Of a stretch of 64,000 nucleotides of DNA, positions 39,512-48,236 are shown in pieces; the stretch's first letter is position 1; the number at the start of each line of letters is the position of its first letter. The notes under the pieces are model-generated. The model searched no databases and had not been told where the DNA came from. It saw nothing but the letters and a program-made list of their open reading frames with translations. Source of the stretch: an uncultured Candidatus Binatia bacterium (GTDB lineage: Bacteria > Desulfobacterota > Binatia > UBA9968 > JAJDTQ01); the NCBI GenBank assembly GCA_964291295.2, contig OZ219754.1, forward strand, positions 1,696,001-1,760,000. Reading direction: 5' to 3'. Position numbers and translations under genes: made by a program.

Positions 39512-40747
39512 TCAGGATGCGGCCGCGGCCAGCGGTTCGTTGGTTCTGGGATCGACGTCGCAGGGGCCGGGAAGGCCCAGTTCGTCGGCGACCTCCCGGA
39601 GCCGGGGCATGACCTCCTCGCCCATGAGCTTCAACGTTCGCATCTGCGACTCGTGGTCCATGGCGCCGTCGCCGGTGCGGAAAATGATCGTCCCCGGGCG
39701 CAACTCCTCGAGGATGTAGCGTACCTTGGGAATGACCGAATCGGGGGTGCCGACGATCATGCCGTGGGTGGCCACCTGGTCCTCGAAGGTCGCCCGCGCG
39801 CCCGCGCGGGTGCGGCCCGCCGAGTCCGCCGCCACCATCTTGCGCCGGAGTGCCCGGGCGCTCCGGGTGGCGATTCCCGGCGGGCCGGCGATCCACGGCT
39901 TGGGCCGCTGCGCCCCCGGGTCGTAGGGGCTGCGGACCCCTTCGGTCAGGGTCCGGCCCACCTCCATGGCCCGCGCTTCCGTCTCCTCCACGTGGAAGAA
40001 GAACATGAAGCCCAAGTGTTGCGGTCCCGCTTCATAGCCCGTTTCCCGGGCGGTGTCGTAGTAGACCTGGTACATCTGCCGGGTCAGGTCGATCTGGCTG
40101 GCCAGCATGATGTAGGGGTAGCGATTCCGGGCCGCCCACTCCACGGTTTCCCGGCTGGAGGTGCCGGGTACCCAGATGGGAGGATAGGGTTTCTGGTACG
40201 GCACCGCCCAGGGGTTCACGTACCGGTAGTGGTAATGTCTGCCCTCCCAGCGAAAGGGGCCGGGGGTGGTCCAGGTCTTGACGAGGAAGTCGTGGGCTTC
40301 CTCGAAGCGTTCGCGATTGAAGTGCGGCGGGGCGTTGTGCGTCAGGCTCTCGCTGCCGCCGCCACGGACCACGCCGGGGATCAGCCGGCCCCGGGAGATC
40401 ACGTCGATCATCGCAAGCTGCTCGGCCAGCCAGAGGGGGTCGTCGTGGATGGGCAGGATGTTGCCGAGGATCAGAATCCTGGCCCGGGTGGTGACGCGGG
40501 CGAGGATGGCGGCCTTGACGTTGGCCACCCCGTTCATGCAGAACGGGGCGCTGTGGTGCTCGTTGACCATGATCCCGTCGAAGCCCATCTCCTCGGCGTA
40601 GAGCTTCTCGTCGATGTAGCGGTGGTAGAGGTTGGCGGCGCGAACCGGGTCGTATTCGCTGTTGCTCACCGCCATGACGCCCGAGCCCCATTCCACGGGC
40701 CAGTCCTCTTTCTGCCAGGGTTCCTCCGTAAAGTGGCCTATGAACAT
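39512..40747 (-). CDS. LLM-class flavin-dependent oxidoreductase
   Basis: AEEMGFDGIMVNEHH, AEQLAMIDVISRGRL, PYQKPYPPIW, IVGTPDSV. Confidence 0.92.
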   Translation of the reverse strand: MFIGHFTEEPWQKEDWPVEWGSGVMAVSNSEYDPVRAANLYHRYIDEKLYAEEMGFDGIMVNEHHSAPFCMNGVANVKAAILARVTTRARILILGNILPIHDDPLWLAEQLAMIDVISRGRLIPGVVRGGGSESLTHNAPPHFNRERFEEAHDFLVKTWTTPGPFRWEGRHYHYRYVNPWAVPYQKPYPPIWVPGTSSRETVEWAARNRYPYIMLASQIDLTRQMYQVYYDTARETGYEAGPQHLGFMFFFHVEETEARAMEVGRTLTEGVRSPYDPGAQRPKPWIAGPPGIATRSARALRRKMVAADSAGRTRAGARATFEDQVATHGMIVGTPDSVIPKVRYILEELRPGTIIFRTGDGAMDHESQMRTLKLMGEEVMPRLREVADELGLPGPCDVDPRTNEPLAAAAS

Positions 40748-40848
40748 CGTTCTTCACTCCCTGTTCCCCCGGCTCGACCGAGGAGGGGAATCGTCTCGAC
40801 GCCGGTGGACGGGCTGCCGGCAATCCACCCGGGCGTTCCCGGGCACCG

Positions 40849-41637
40849 TCAACCTTTCAGAAACCGGAGGACGGCCTTGACGAACTCTTCCGGTTTCTCC
40901 ATCTCGGGCATGTGCCCGCAGTCCTCGATAACGGCCACCTGCGCGTCGGCGATCCCCTGCCGGTAGCGTTTGCAACTGCTGACCGGCACGATCCCGTCCT
41001 GCCTTCCCCACAGGAGCAGGGTGGGGGTGGTGATGGCCGGGAGCAGATCGGGCAACGTGAGGCTGTGCATGTAGGGACGCCAGAGGTAGCGGATGGCCGC
41101 CTCCCGGTTGGTCTCCGCCTGTTCGGCTTCGTCCGGGGACCAGTCCCGGCCGTAGTACTTCAGGTACTGGGCCGAATCGTGGTCGTGGAACGACTGCCGG
41201 AAGGCGTCTTTGGCGGAGTTCAGGAAGTAGTCCCAGATCTCTCCCTCCCGAGGCTTGACGCCGGCCGCTCCCACCAGGACCATCTTCGAGAACAGGACGT
41301 TGTTGGTGGTGGCGAGTTCGGCGGCGATCCAGCCGCCCATGGAGAAGCCGATGACATCGAGCGGAGCCGCCAACCCGCTTTCCCGCACGAACCAGTTGAC
41401 CCAGGCGGACAGATCCCGGACCGACATCAACCAGTCCGGAAACGACGATGCGCCGAAGCCGGGCAGGGAAGGGACGTACACGGTGTAGTGCCGGGCCAGC
41501 AGTTCGTGGGCCTCGAGCCAGTCGGGCACGCCCAGTTCGCCGTGCAGGATCAGCAACGGGGCTCCGGAGCCGCCGCGCCGCAGTTGCAGTGAGGTGCCGG
41601 CGATGTCGAGAGTCTCCTCGGTGAAAGCGGTGGTCAC
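40849..41637 (-). CDS. alpha/beta hydrolase
   Basis: LILHGE, PGFG.S, GFSMGG, WGRQDG, CGHMP; GTG start with GGAGG RBS. Confidence 0.88.
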   Translation of the reverse strand: MTTAFTEETLDIAGTSLQLRRGGSGAPLLILHGELGVPDWLEAHELLARHYTVYVPSLPGFGASSFPDWLMSVRDLSAWVNWFVRESGLAAPLDVIGFSMGGWIAAELATTNNVLFSKMVLVGAAGVKPREGEIWDYFLNSAKDAFRQSFHDHDSAQYLKYYGRDWSPDEAEQAETNREAAIRYLWRPYMHSLTLPDLLPAITTPTLLLWGRQDGIVPVSSCKRYRQGIADAQVAVIEDCGHMPEMEKPEEFVKAVLRFLKG

Positions 41638-41951
41638 GGTTTCCTCCGGTCCGGGCGCTCGGGACAGCCTTGAGGCTGTGGGCAGCATAGTCGGGAGCGC
41701 CGGGCAGGTCAACGCGGGTGCCGGGTCGGTGCGCCGCCGTTCGGTGGCCGTCCCCGTCCGGCGTCCTTCCCGCCGGTGCCGAGCGGTACGTGGTCGGCAT
41801 CGGCCTCCGTGACGCGGCGGTGCGCCGCAGTCCGGCAGCTTTCCCGAAAGAGAGGCCGCACATCTCTTCGACGCCGTCGTGCAGCCAGATTCGTCCCGCG
41901 GCTTCGCCCCGCGGAACGTCGCCGCGATGTCTTCCCGGTGATTCTCCGGGG

Positions 41952-43478
41952 TCATGACGCCCGCTTGCCTTCCAGAAAACAGCTCAGGACGAACCCGGCG
42001 ACCGCGGCGGCGATGCCCATCAGGAAGGCCCACCATAGCGCATTCATGAGGGCGCCGGTGACGGTCGGCATGAGGTCGGCGGGTATCAGTGAGCGGGTGG
42101 CGGGATCGAGGAGGTTCTGCGGATTCAGGAGCTTCCGCAGCACCGGCTCCGGCAGCGACGCCCTGAGGTCCGCCGCAATGACCGTGAAGGCGGTGTTCAT
42201 GCGTTGCAGCAGGATGCTGCCCATGACGCTCAGGATCAGCGCGCCGCCGATGGTACGGAACAGCATGACCGTCGAGGTGGCGACGCCGAGGTGCTGGAAC
42301 GGCACCGCGGCCTGGGCGGCCACCAGCGCGGTGACATTGGTCATGCCCATGCCGGTGCCGGCGGCGCTGACCGCCATGAGCATGAGGATCATGCCGCCGG
42401 CCTGGTCCAGCAGCATGAAGGGGATGTAACCGGCGACCATGAGGGCCATCCCGGTGGCGCAGACGTTGCGGTATCCCCATGCCGGAGCAACCCGGCCGGC
42501 GGCAAGGCTTCCGGCCGTCCACCCCACGCTCAGGGGCAGGAGGGTGAGTCCGGCCAGCGCGGCGCTGCCGCCCAGGGTGCCCTGGACGTACAGCGGCAGA
42601 AACCCGACCACGCCGAAGATGCCCATGGCCGCAAGCAGGCTGAGGCAGGTGGGACGGCTGTAGTCCGGCATGTGGAAGAGCGCCATGGGCAGCAACGGAT
42701 CCCTGGCCCTGCGTTCGATGGCGATGAAGAGCGCCAGCAGCAGGACGACGCCCGTCACCACCGAGACGGACTCGGCGGTGACCAGGTCGATCTGGTTGGC
42801 GGCGACGAGCAGCCCGTAGAACAGCAGCATCAGCGCGCTCAGGAGAATCGCTGCGCCTGCCAAGTCCAGCGGCCGGCGCGTGCTTTCGGCGCGCCGCTCC
42901 CGGAAACCGGCGATGATGAGCCCGGCCGCCACGGCCCCCAGCGGCAGATTGATCCAGAAGATCCAGCGCCAGTCCCAGTACTCGGCGATGATCCCGCCGC
43001 CGGCCGGGCCGAGCACCGAGGCGACGCCCCAGACGCTGGCGATCAGTCCCTGCATCCGCGCGCGCTGTTCGACGGGAAAGACCACCCCGACGATGATGAA
43101 CGCCAGCGCATACACCGCGCCGCCACCCGCACCCTGCACGGCGCGGAAGACGATGAGCTGCGTCATGGTCTGGGCGGCGCCGCAGGCCCCGGAGCCCAGC
43201 ACGAAGGCCCCGATGGCGAGGAGCATCAGGGTGCGCCGGCTGTAGAGGTCCGAAAGCTTGCCAAAGACCGGCGTGGCCAGCGCCGAGGTGAGCATGTAGA
43301 CGGAGAAGACCCAACTGTAGAGGTCGAGGGCGCCGAGTTGGGCGACCACCGTGGGCATGGCGCTGCTCACGATGGTGGCGTCGATGGCAAAGAGAAAGAC
43401 CGCCACCATCACCCCGGCGACGGCCACCGGAGCTCTGCGGAACGCGCTGGCGGTGTATCGTGACATGTGTCGTGCCAT
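41952..43478 (-). CDS. DHA2 family MFS efflux transporter
   Basis: DATIVSSAMPT, FGKLSDLYSRR, RAVQGAGGG, WRWIFWINLPLG; 14-TM pattern. Confidence 0.92.
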   Translation of the reverse strand: MARHMSRYTASAFRRAPVAVAGVMVAVFLFAIDATIVSSAMPTVVAQLGALDLYSWVFSVYMLTSALATPVFGKLSDLYSRRTLMLLAIGAFVLGSGACGAAQTMTQLIVFRAVQGAGGGAVYALAFIIVGVVFPVEQRARMQGLIASVWGVASVLGPAGGGIIAEYWDWRWIFWINLPLGAVAAGLIIAGFRERRAESTRRPLDLAGAAILLSALMLLFYGLLVAANQIDLVTAESVSVVTGVVLLLALFIAIERRARDPLLPMALFHMPDYSRPTCLSLLAAMGIFGVVGFLPLYVQGTLGGSAALAGLTLLPLSVGWTAGSLAAGRVAPAWGYRNVCATGMALMVAGYIPFMLLDQAGGMILMLMAVSAAGTGMGMTNVTALVAAQAAVPFQHLGVATSTVMLFRTIGGALILSVMGSILLQRMNTAFTVIAADLRASLPEPVLRKLLNPQNLLDPATRSLIPADLMPTVTGALMNALWWAFLMGIAAAVAGFVLSCFLEGKRAS

Positions 43479-43804
43479 GATGCTTGTGAGTGCGCGTGCG
43501 CTATGCGCCCCGGGCGTCGGCCGCGGTCGGCGGCGACGATGACGGCGGTGCCGCGACGACCCCCATGTGCGCGTTACGGCACTGACTCACTGACTGACGG
43601 CTGCTGCAATTGACCGGTCACCGGCGACCCCTGCGCGCGCCTTGGGGCACCGCTGGAGTCCCTCTGCGGAGGTTCTCATGATCCGCCCTCGGGTTCGGTT
43701 ACGTAGCATCGCGCCTTCGACTCCGGCTCACCATTTATCGAATCCGTTACACCGGCTCCAGTCTGGTCCGAACGGGCGGCCCGGACAGGGCATCGCGCAG
43801 AGCG

Positions 43805-45307
43805 TCAGGCGATCACTGCCGCAATCGCTCGTCCGATCTTCATTCGGGTCCACCGGTATTGATGCTTCATGCGGGACACCTTATCTTCTCGTGGCGTCTC
43901 GGCGAACGGGTACTGGGGCCTGCCGCCTTCACCAAGCCCCTGGCGATCACCATGCGAGAATTCGCAACTGGCCACGCACCGGCTCGGATGTTCGAAGGGT
44001 TCGGTTCGTGCCTCCACGAAACGGTGCTCGAACGACCATTGGCCGGCGGTCGGTACGTCGTCGTGCCACCAGTCCTCGCCGATCAGGTAGCGGACAAGCA
44101 TTCGTGTCTGCTCGGCCGCCACGGCGCCACAGAACCCGATCGTGTTCTGGCCTGGTTCCGGCCCGTCCGCAATACCGTCGTTGATGTAGCGCCCGTGACG
44201 CCTGATGCCCATGCGCTCGTCTCGGGCATCGCTGCTGGTGTACTGACCGCGACAACGTAGGCATTTCATGTCGGGGCCAATCAGGTGGACCTGCCACTTC
44301 GCAGACAACAGGCGCTCCCGCGACTCCACGAGAACGCCGCCGTCGATCAACGGAAGGCAGTTTGCATAGGCGAGGTGATTGAGAACCTCGCGCGCCTCAG
44401 CGTTGTCGACACAGCACACGATGACGGCGGCGTCGGCGGCCAAACGGTACGCGCGCTCGGTGCGGATGGACAAGGGCACCGGGCGCATGACCGGACGCCG
44501 TGCAGCGGCGATTCTGCGAAGGTGAGCCACGGCCACCTCCGCTTTGGGCAATCCCAGGCAGTGCCGATCGGCGTAGATCAGGCGATCGAGGTTCTTTTGC
44601 TCGACTAGGTCCGGGTCAATAACGGTGATCTCCTCGAACCCGGTGCGTGCTAGATATTCGAGCACCAGCGAACCCACACTCCCCGCACCGACGACGCAGA
44701 CATGCGTGCGCGCCAGCCGTGACTGTGCCGCGATACCCCAGCTGTCGATGGTCCTCACCAAGTTCGAGCGCCGAGCGTAAGGTGGATACGCATCCGGATG
44801 CCAATCCACTCCCGTATGACGCGGCCCGATCCGCCGAACTTCCGTGCAAGGCACAGGGACGATCCGGCCATGCGCGGACTGCCGCCAGAAGCGCGCGCTC
44901 CAGACACCGTTCGAACCTATCGTCAGCCCGAGCAGGGGCAGGCCGGTCTCTCGAATGAAGGGCGCAATGGTGTTGCGCTCTGTATCGTCGTCCATGCCGG
45001 TCAGACCCTGCCAACCGGGAGCAGGGTGGCTGTGAAGGACCGCGATGCCCGCTTGGGCTTTGACCGCATGATCCAGCACCCGGTTCAGGTATTGGCCGTG
45101 CACCGTGACGTTGCTGTTTAGATCGCGATCGCCGTTTTCCGGGAAGAATGCCTTGCCGAGGATTCCTGTGTAGCTGTCAAGTCCGTCGGCCCGGCGCCAC
45201 AGTGCGAGGCATGCCTCCTCCTGTATCCCACCGTGCTGCAGGCCCCTGAGCAGGTGATCCGCGAACTGCCGGTGCAGCACTTCGCGCAGGACGACGCGGT
45301 GCCTCAA
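43805..45307 (-). CDS. JAB/JAMM peptidase - ThiF/E1 fusion protein
   Basis: N-terminal QEEACL...HSHP-x7-TGMD (JAMM-like); C-terminal VVGAGSVGS, IDPD.VE.KNLDRL, K, CCVDN..AR, CLRC, C..SC; TTG start overlapping the upstream TGA. Confidence 0.88.
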   Translation of the reverse strand: MRHRVVLREVLHRQFADHLLRGLQHGGIQEEACLALWRRADGLDSYTGILGKAFFPENGDRDLNSNVTVHGQYLNRVLDHAVKAQAGIAVLHSHPAPGWQGLTGMDDDTERNTIAPFIRETGLPLLGLTIGSNGVWSARFWRQSAHGRIVPVPCTEVRRIGPRHTGVDWHPDAYPPYARRSNLVRTIDSWGIAAQSRLARTHVCVVGAGSVGSLVLEYLARTGFEEITVIDPDLVEQKNLDRLIYADRHCLGLPKAEVAVAHLRRIAAARRPVMRPVPLSIRTERAYRLAADAAVIVCCVDNAEAREVLNHLAYANCLPLIDGGVLVESRERLLSAKWQVHLIGPDMKCLRCRGQYTSSDARDERMGIRRHGRYINDGIADGPEPGQNTIGFCGAVAAEQTRMLVRYLIGEDWWHDDVPTAGQWSFEHRFVEARTEPFEHPSRCVASCEFSHGDRQGLGEGGRPQYPFAETPREDKVSRMKHQYRWTRMKIGRAIAAVIA

Positions 45308-45729
45308 CGAGCGCTCCAGATTCTGCGGATGTGCCTGTCCAGGTAGACGCTCATGTTCTTTCCGTTTGGTGTGTCGATCCGATCCCAGAAATCGTTCGGC
45401 GGAGCGCTGATCACCATCCAGTGGCGCCCCTCCGCACATGGATAGGTCTCTACAACTCCCGGCGGCCGGGCTCCCCGCACCTGCTCGGCCAGAACAGCAT
45501 CCGGCGGCGAGATGTACACCCAGTGCGGTGCCACTTCGGGCCACTTCCCCTCGTTCTCGTGGACGGCGACCGCCAAGGTTACGGTTTCCCCGGCGCGGCT
45601 GCCGTCCTTGATCCGGTATTCGAAACGGACGCCGTCCGCGCCGCCCTGTTGCTCTGGCGCGGTGAAGGGTCCCGGTCGGTAGCGCAGACCGAAGAGTTCG
45701 GCTGCCATGCGTTCAGAGTTCTGGCTCAT
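45304..45729 (-). CDS. prokaryotic E2/UBC-like protein
   Basis: WPEVAPHW (xPxxPP-type E2 loop), GRHWMVISAPP..W, MSVYLDRHIRRIW; lies between Ubl and E1 with ATGA/TTGA overlaps. Confidence 0.68.
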   Translation of the reverse strand: MSQNSERMAAELFGLRYRPGPFTAPEQQGGADGVRFEYRIKDGSRAGETVTLAVAVHENEGKWPEVAPHWVYISPPDAVLAEQVRGARPPGVVETYPCAEGRHWMVISAPPNDFWDRIDTPNGKNMSVYLDRHIRRIWSAR

Positions 45730-45968
45730 GCGAACGGCGCCCCCTTCTCCGGGGCCGCCCGAAACACGTTGTGCTCGTCGAGGTTCGCTTGTTGACCCGA
45801 AACGAAAGTCACCTCCGAGTCCGGCACCCGCAGTACGTAGCCGGTCTTGTCGGGATCCCCACCGATTGCTTTCCCCTTGAACGCGATCCGCAACAACACG
45901 GCCGCGTCGACCGACCGCCGGTCCGTGAAGAACGTTTCGCCGTTCACCTTGAACTCGTACTGTTCCAT
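45726..45968 (-). CDS. ubiquitin-like beta-grasp protein (multi-ubiquitin-like single domain)
   Basis: YEFKVNGETF...VDAAVLLRIA...YVL...ANLD..NVF pattern, 80 aa, AGGAGG RBS, first gene of the E2/E1 operon. Confidence 0.72.
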   Translation of the reverse strand: MEQYEFKVNGETFFTDRRSVDAAVLLRIAFKGKAIGGDPDKTGYVLRVPDSEVTFVSGQQANLDEHNVFRAAPEKGAPFA

Positions 45969-46033
45969 GGCAGCCTCCTGTCAGTCATTTTGGGTGTGCG
46001 ATTTCTGGCACGCTCAGGCATTCTGTATCCATG

Positions 46034-46105
46034 AAGATAGCAGTCGCTGGAGGTGTCGTCAACTTATGGTTGACATTTCGATATATTATACATAGAATGT
46101 CAACC
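46034..46105. promoter_or_regulatory. back-to-back sigma70 promoters with palindromic operators
   Basis: + strand TTGACA(46070-75)-17-TAGAAT(46093-98); - strand TTGACG(46062-57)-17-TATCTT(46039-34); IRs GGTTGACATT-18-AATGTCAACC and GTCAAC-5-GTTGAC. Confidence 0.75.
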
Positions 46106-46128
46106 CTTAGGGAAAGGAGGGTCTGGGG

Positions 46129-47208
46129 GTGTTCGGACAACGACTTCGGCTGGCCCGCAAACGGGCAGGTCTTTCAATGCGCGAACTCGCGGACGTGATG
46201 ACCCCGAGGGTGACCGCTCAGGCGATCAGCAAGTACGAGGCGGACAGGATGCTGCCCTCTTCCGCTGTACTAGTCGGGCTAGGCAAGACTCTTGATGTCT
46301 CGCTGGATTTCCTCATGAGCGGACAGTTCGAGGCGCTTGACGGTGTGGAGTTCCGAAAGCATTCCAGTGCGTCGGCTCGTGACCGCGCCAAGGCCGAAGC
46401 GATCCTGATCGACAGCCTGGAGCGTTATCTGGCCATCGAGCACATCCTCGACATACCCTCCGACGCGGGCTGGATCGAGGGGTGCCGTTACGACAGTGTC
46501 GCAAGCGAAACCCAGATCGACGAGAGGGCCGATGAGCTTCGCAACGCCTGGGGTCTTGGCATGGATCCAATTCCCAGCTTGTGCGAATTGCTCGAAGACA
46601 AGAACATCAAGGTGGTCGCAGCCGACCTGCCCGAAAGCATCAACGGTCTTTCATGCCACGTTCGGCGGGGTGGCAAGACCGTTGCCGAGGCCGTCATGGT
46701 GTCCAGCCGGATCAATGTCGAGCGGAAACGTTTTACGCTCGCCCACGAACTGGCCCACAGGATCATTCGTTCTACGGGAAACCCGGCGATCAATGTGGAG
46801 GCGGCCATAAACCGGTTCGCTGGCGCATTCCTCGTTCCCGGCCAACGTCTGCGGGACGAGGTGGGCCACGACCGCCATCGGATTACGTACTACGAGATCA
46901 TTCGCCTGAAACACATGTACGGCGTCTCCGCGGCGGCCGTCCTGGTTCGTCTGGGGCAGGTTGGTGCATTGCCCTCCGCTGCCATCGAACGTGCCTTCGC
47001 AACCTTCGCCCACTCCTGGCGCAAGTCGGAACCGGATCCCATCGGCGAGGATCACGGGTTCGCAGCCTTCGAAAAGCCACACCGTTTCAAATGTCTAGTG
47101 TCTCATGCGGTGGGCGAGGAGTTGATTTCGCCGGTGCGTGCAGCGGCACTTCTCAACCAGTCGCTTGACTCCGTCGAGCAACAGATCAGCGGTCCGATGA
47201 TCCAGTGA
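46129..47208 (+). CDS. XRE HTH - ImmA/IrrE zinc metallopeptidase fusion
   Basis: GQRLRLARKRAGLSMRELA...AISKYE; RKRFTLAHELAH, E..INRFAGAFLVP; AAGGAGG RBS. Confidence 0.92.
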   Translation: MFGQRLRLARKRAGLSMRELADVMTPRVTAQAISKYEADRMLPSSAVLVGLGKTLDVSLDFLMSGQFEALDGVEFRKHSSASARDRAKAEAILIDSLERYLAIEHILDIPSDAGWIEGCRYDSVASETQIDERADELRNAWGLGMDPIPSLCELLEDKNIKVVAADLPESINGLSCHVRRGGKTVAEAVMVSSRINVERKRFTLAHELAHRIIRSTGNPAINVEAAINRFAGAFLVPGQRLRDEVGHDRHRITYYEIIRLKHMYGVSAAAVLVRLGQVGALPSAAIERAFATFAHSWRKSEPDPIGEDHGFAAFEKPHRFKCLVSHAVGEELISPVRAAALLNQSLDSVEQQISGPMIQ

Positions 47209-47714
47209 CGTGCGTCATCGTCAACGATGCTTCCTGCCTGATCGATCTCCGCGAGGGTGATCTGCCTGCCGCCCTTGGTGATCTCCCTTATCGAATCGTG
47301 GTTCCGCTGCCGGTGCGCGCAACCGAAGTGCTCGATCTGTCCGAGCACCAGTGGCGAGCGCTCGATGACGCAGGGATGATCACGCACGATCTCACACCGG
47401 AGGATGTCGGTCAGGCCCTCCGGCTCAAGGGTGGCCACCCCGGCCTCTCTGCGAACGACTGCTTCTGTCTTGTCACCGCGCGGGCTTGCTCCGGCATTCT
47501 GCTGACGGGCGATGCCCTGCTACGCACGGTCGCCCTCGCTGACGGCTTGCAGGTACACGGCGTGCTTTGGGTCGTGGACGAACTCGACTCTGCAGGAATC
47601 TGTTCCAGATCGTTACTTGCTCGAGCCCTCAAGGTCTGGCAAGAGGACGTCAGCGTCTTCTTGCCGGAACAGGAGATCTCTCTACGCCTGAAACGCCTCT
47701 CGGAAGCCCGGTAG
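47205..47714 (+). CDS. PIN domain protein (putative ribonuclease toxin)
   Basis: IVNDASCLIDL, GLSANDC, LLTGDALLR, VHGVLWV; GTGA overlap with the peptidase. Confidence 0.85.
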   Translation: MTCVIVNDASCLIDLREGDLPAALGDLPYRIVVPLPVRATEVLDLSEHQWRALDDAGMITHDLTPEDVGQALRLKGGHPGLSANDCFCLVTARACSGILLTGDALLRTVALADGLQVHGVLWVVDELDSAGICSRSLLARALKVWQEDVSVFLPEQEISLRLKRLSEAR

Positions 47715-48236
47715 CGGAGGCAACGATGATGACAAGGCACCCGTGCCGAATGGATCAACCCGGACTGACGGCCGCACAGACCACCTGCCTCGCAATCTCG
47801 CCTGCCGGAGCAACGCCGCCACCGCCATCGTCCGCTGCAACCGTCGCTTCCGCTGCTTGCCCGAAGCCAACCGCCAACTATGCCGCCCGGGCCCAGGACG
47901 CCCTCGACGCCATCCTCATCGCTCCCACCGCCTGAAACACACCCCACGCCGCCCCACCCTCGCTGCCCGGTGCCGGGCTCCCCTCTGCCCGTCAACTGGC
48001 CTTGACCTTCACTTTCGCTTGGTGAAACCGCCCTCCATACCCGCCCATACTTCCTCTCCCTCTGCCCCCTGTATGCGCCATCGCCCTCTTCCCTCTCCTG
48101 AACCCGGAGCTATGAATCATCCCTGCGCACAGCCCTTGCCATCCGATCCTCTTCTGCGCCATATTGTCCGTCAGGCGAAAGGGGCGCCCTCGTCACGGGG
48201 GTGCTCGATACGGGACCAACGACCGGACAGGCTGCC

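Noticed and set aside
43805-45307. Housekeeping ThiF/MoeB for thiamine or molybdopterin synthesis
   Set aside because: Fused JAB domain, adjacent E2-like gene, no GG-ending ThiS/MoaD and no pathway genes nearby
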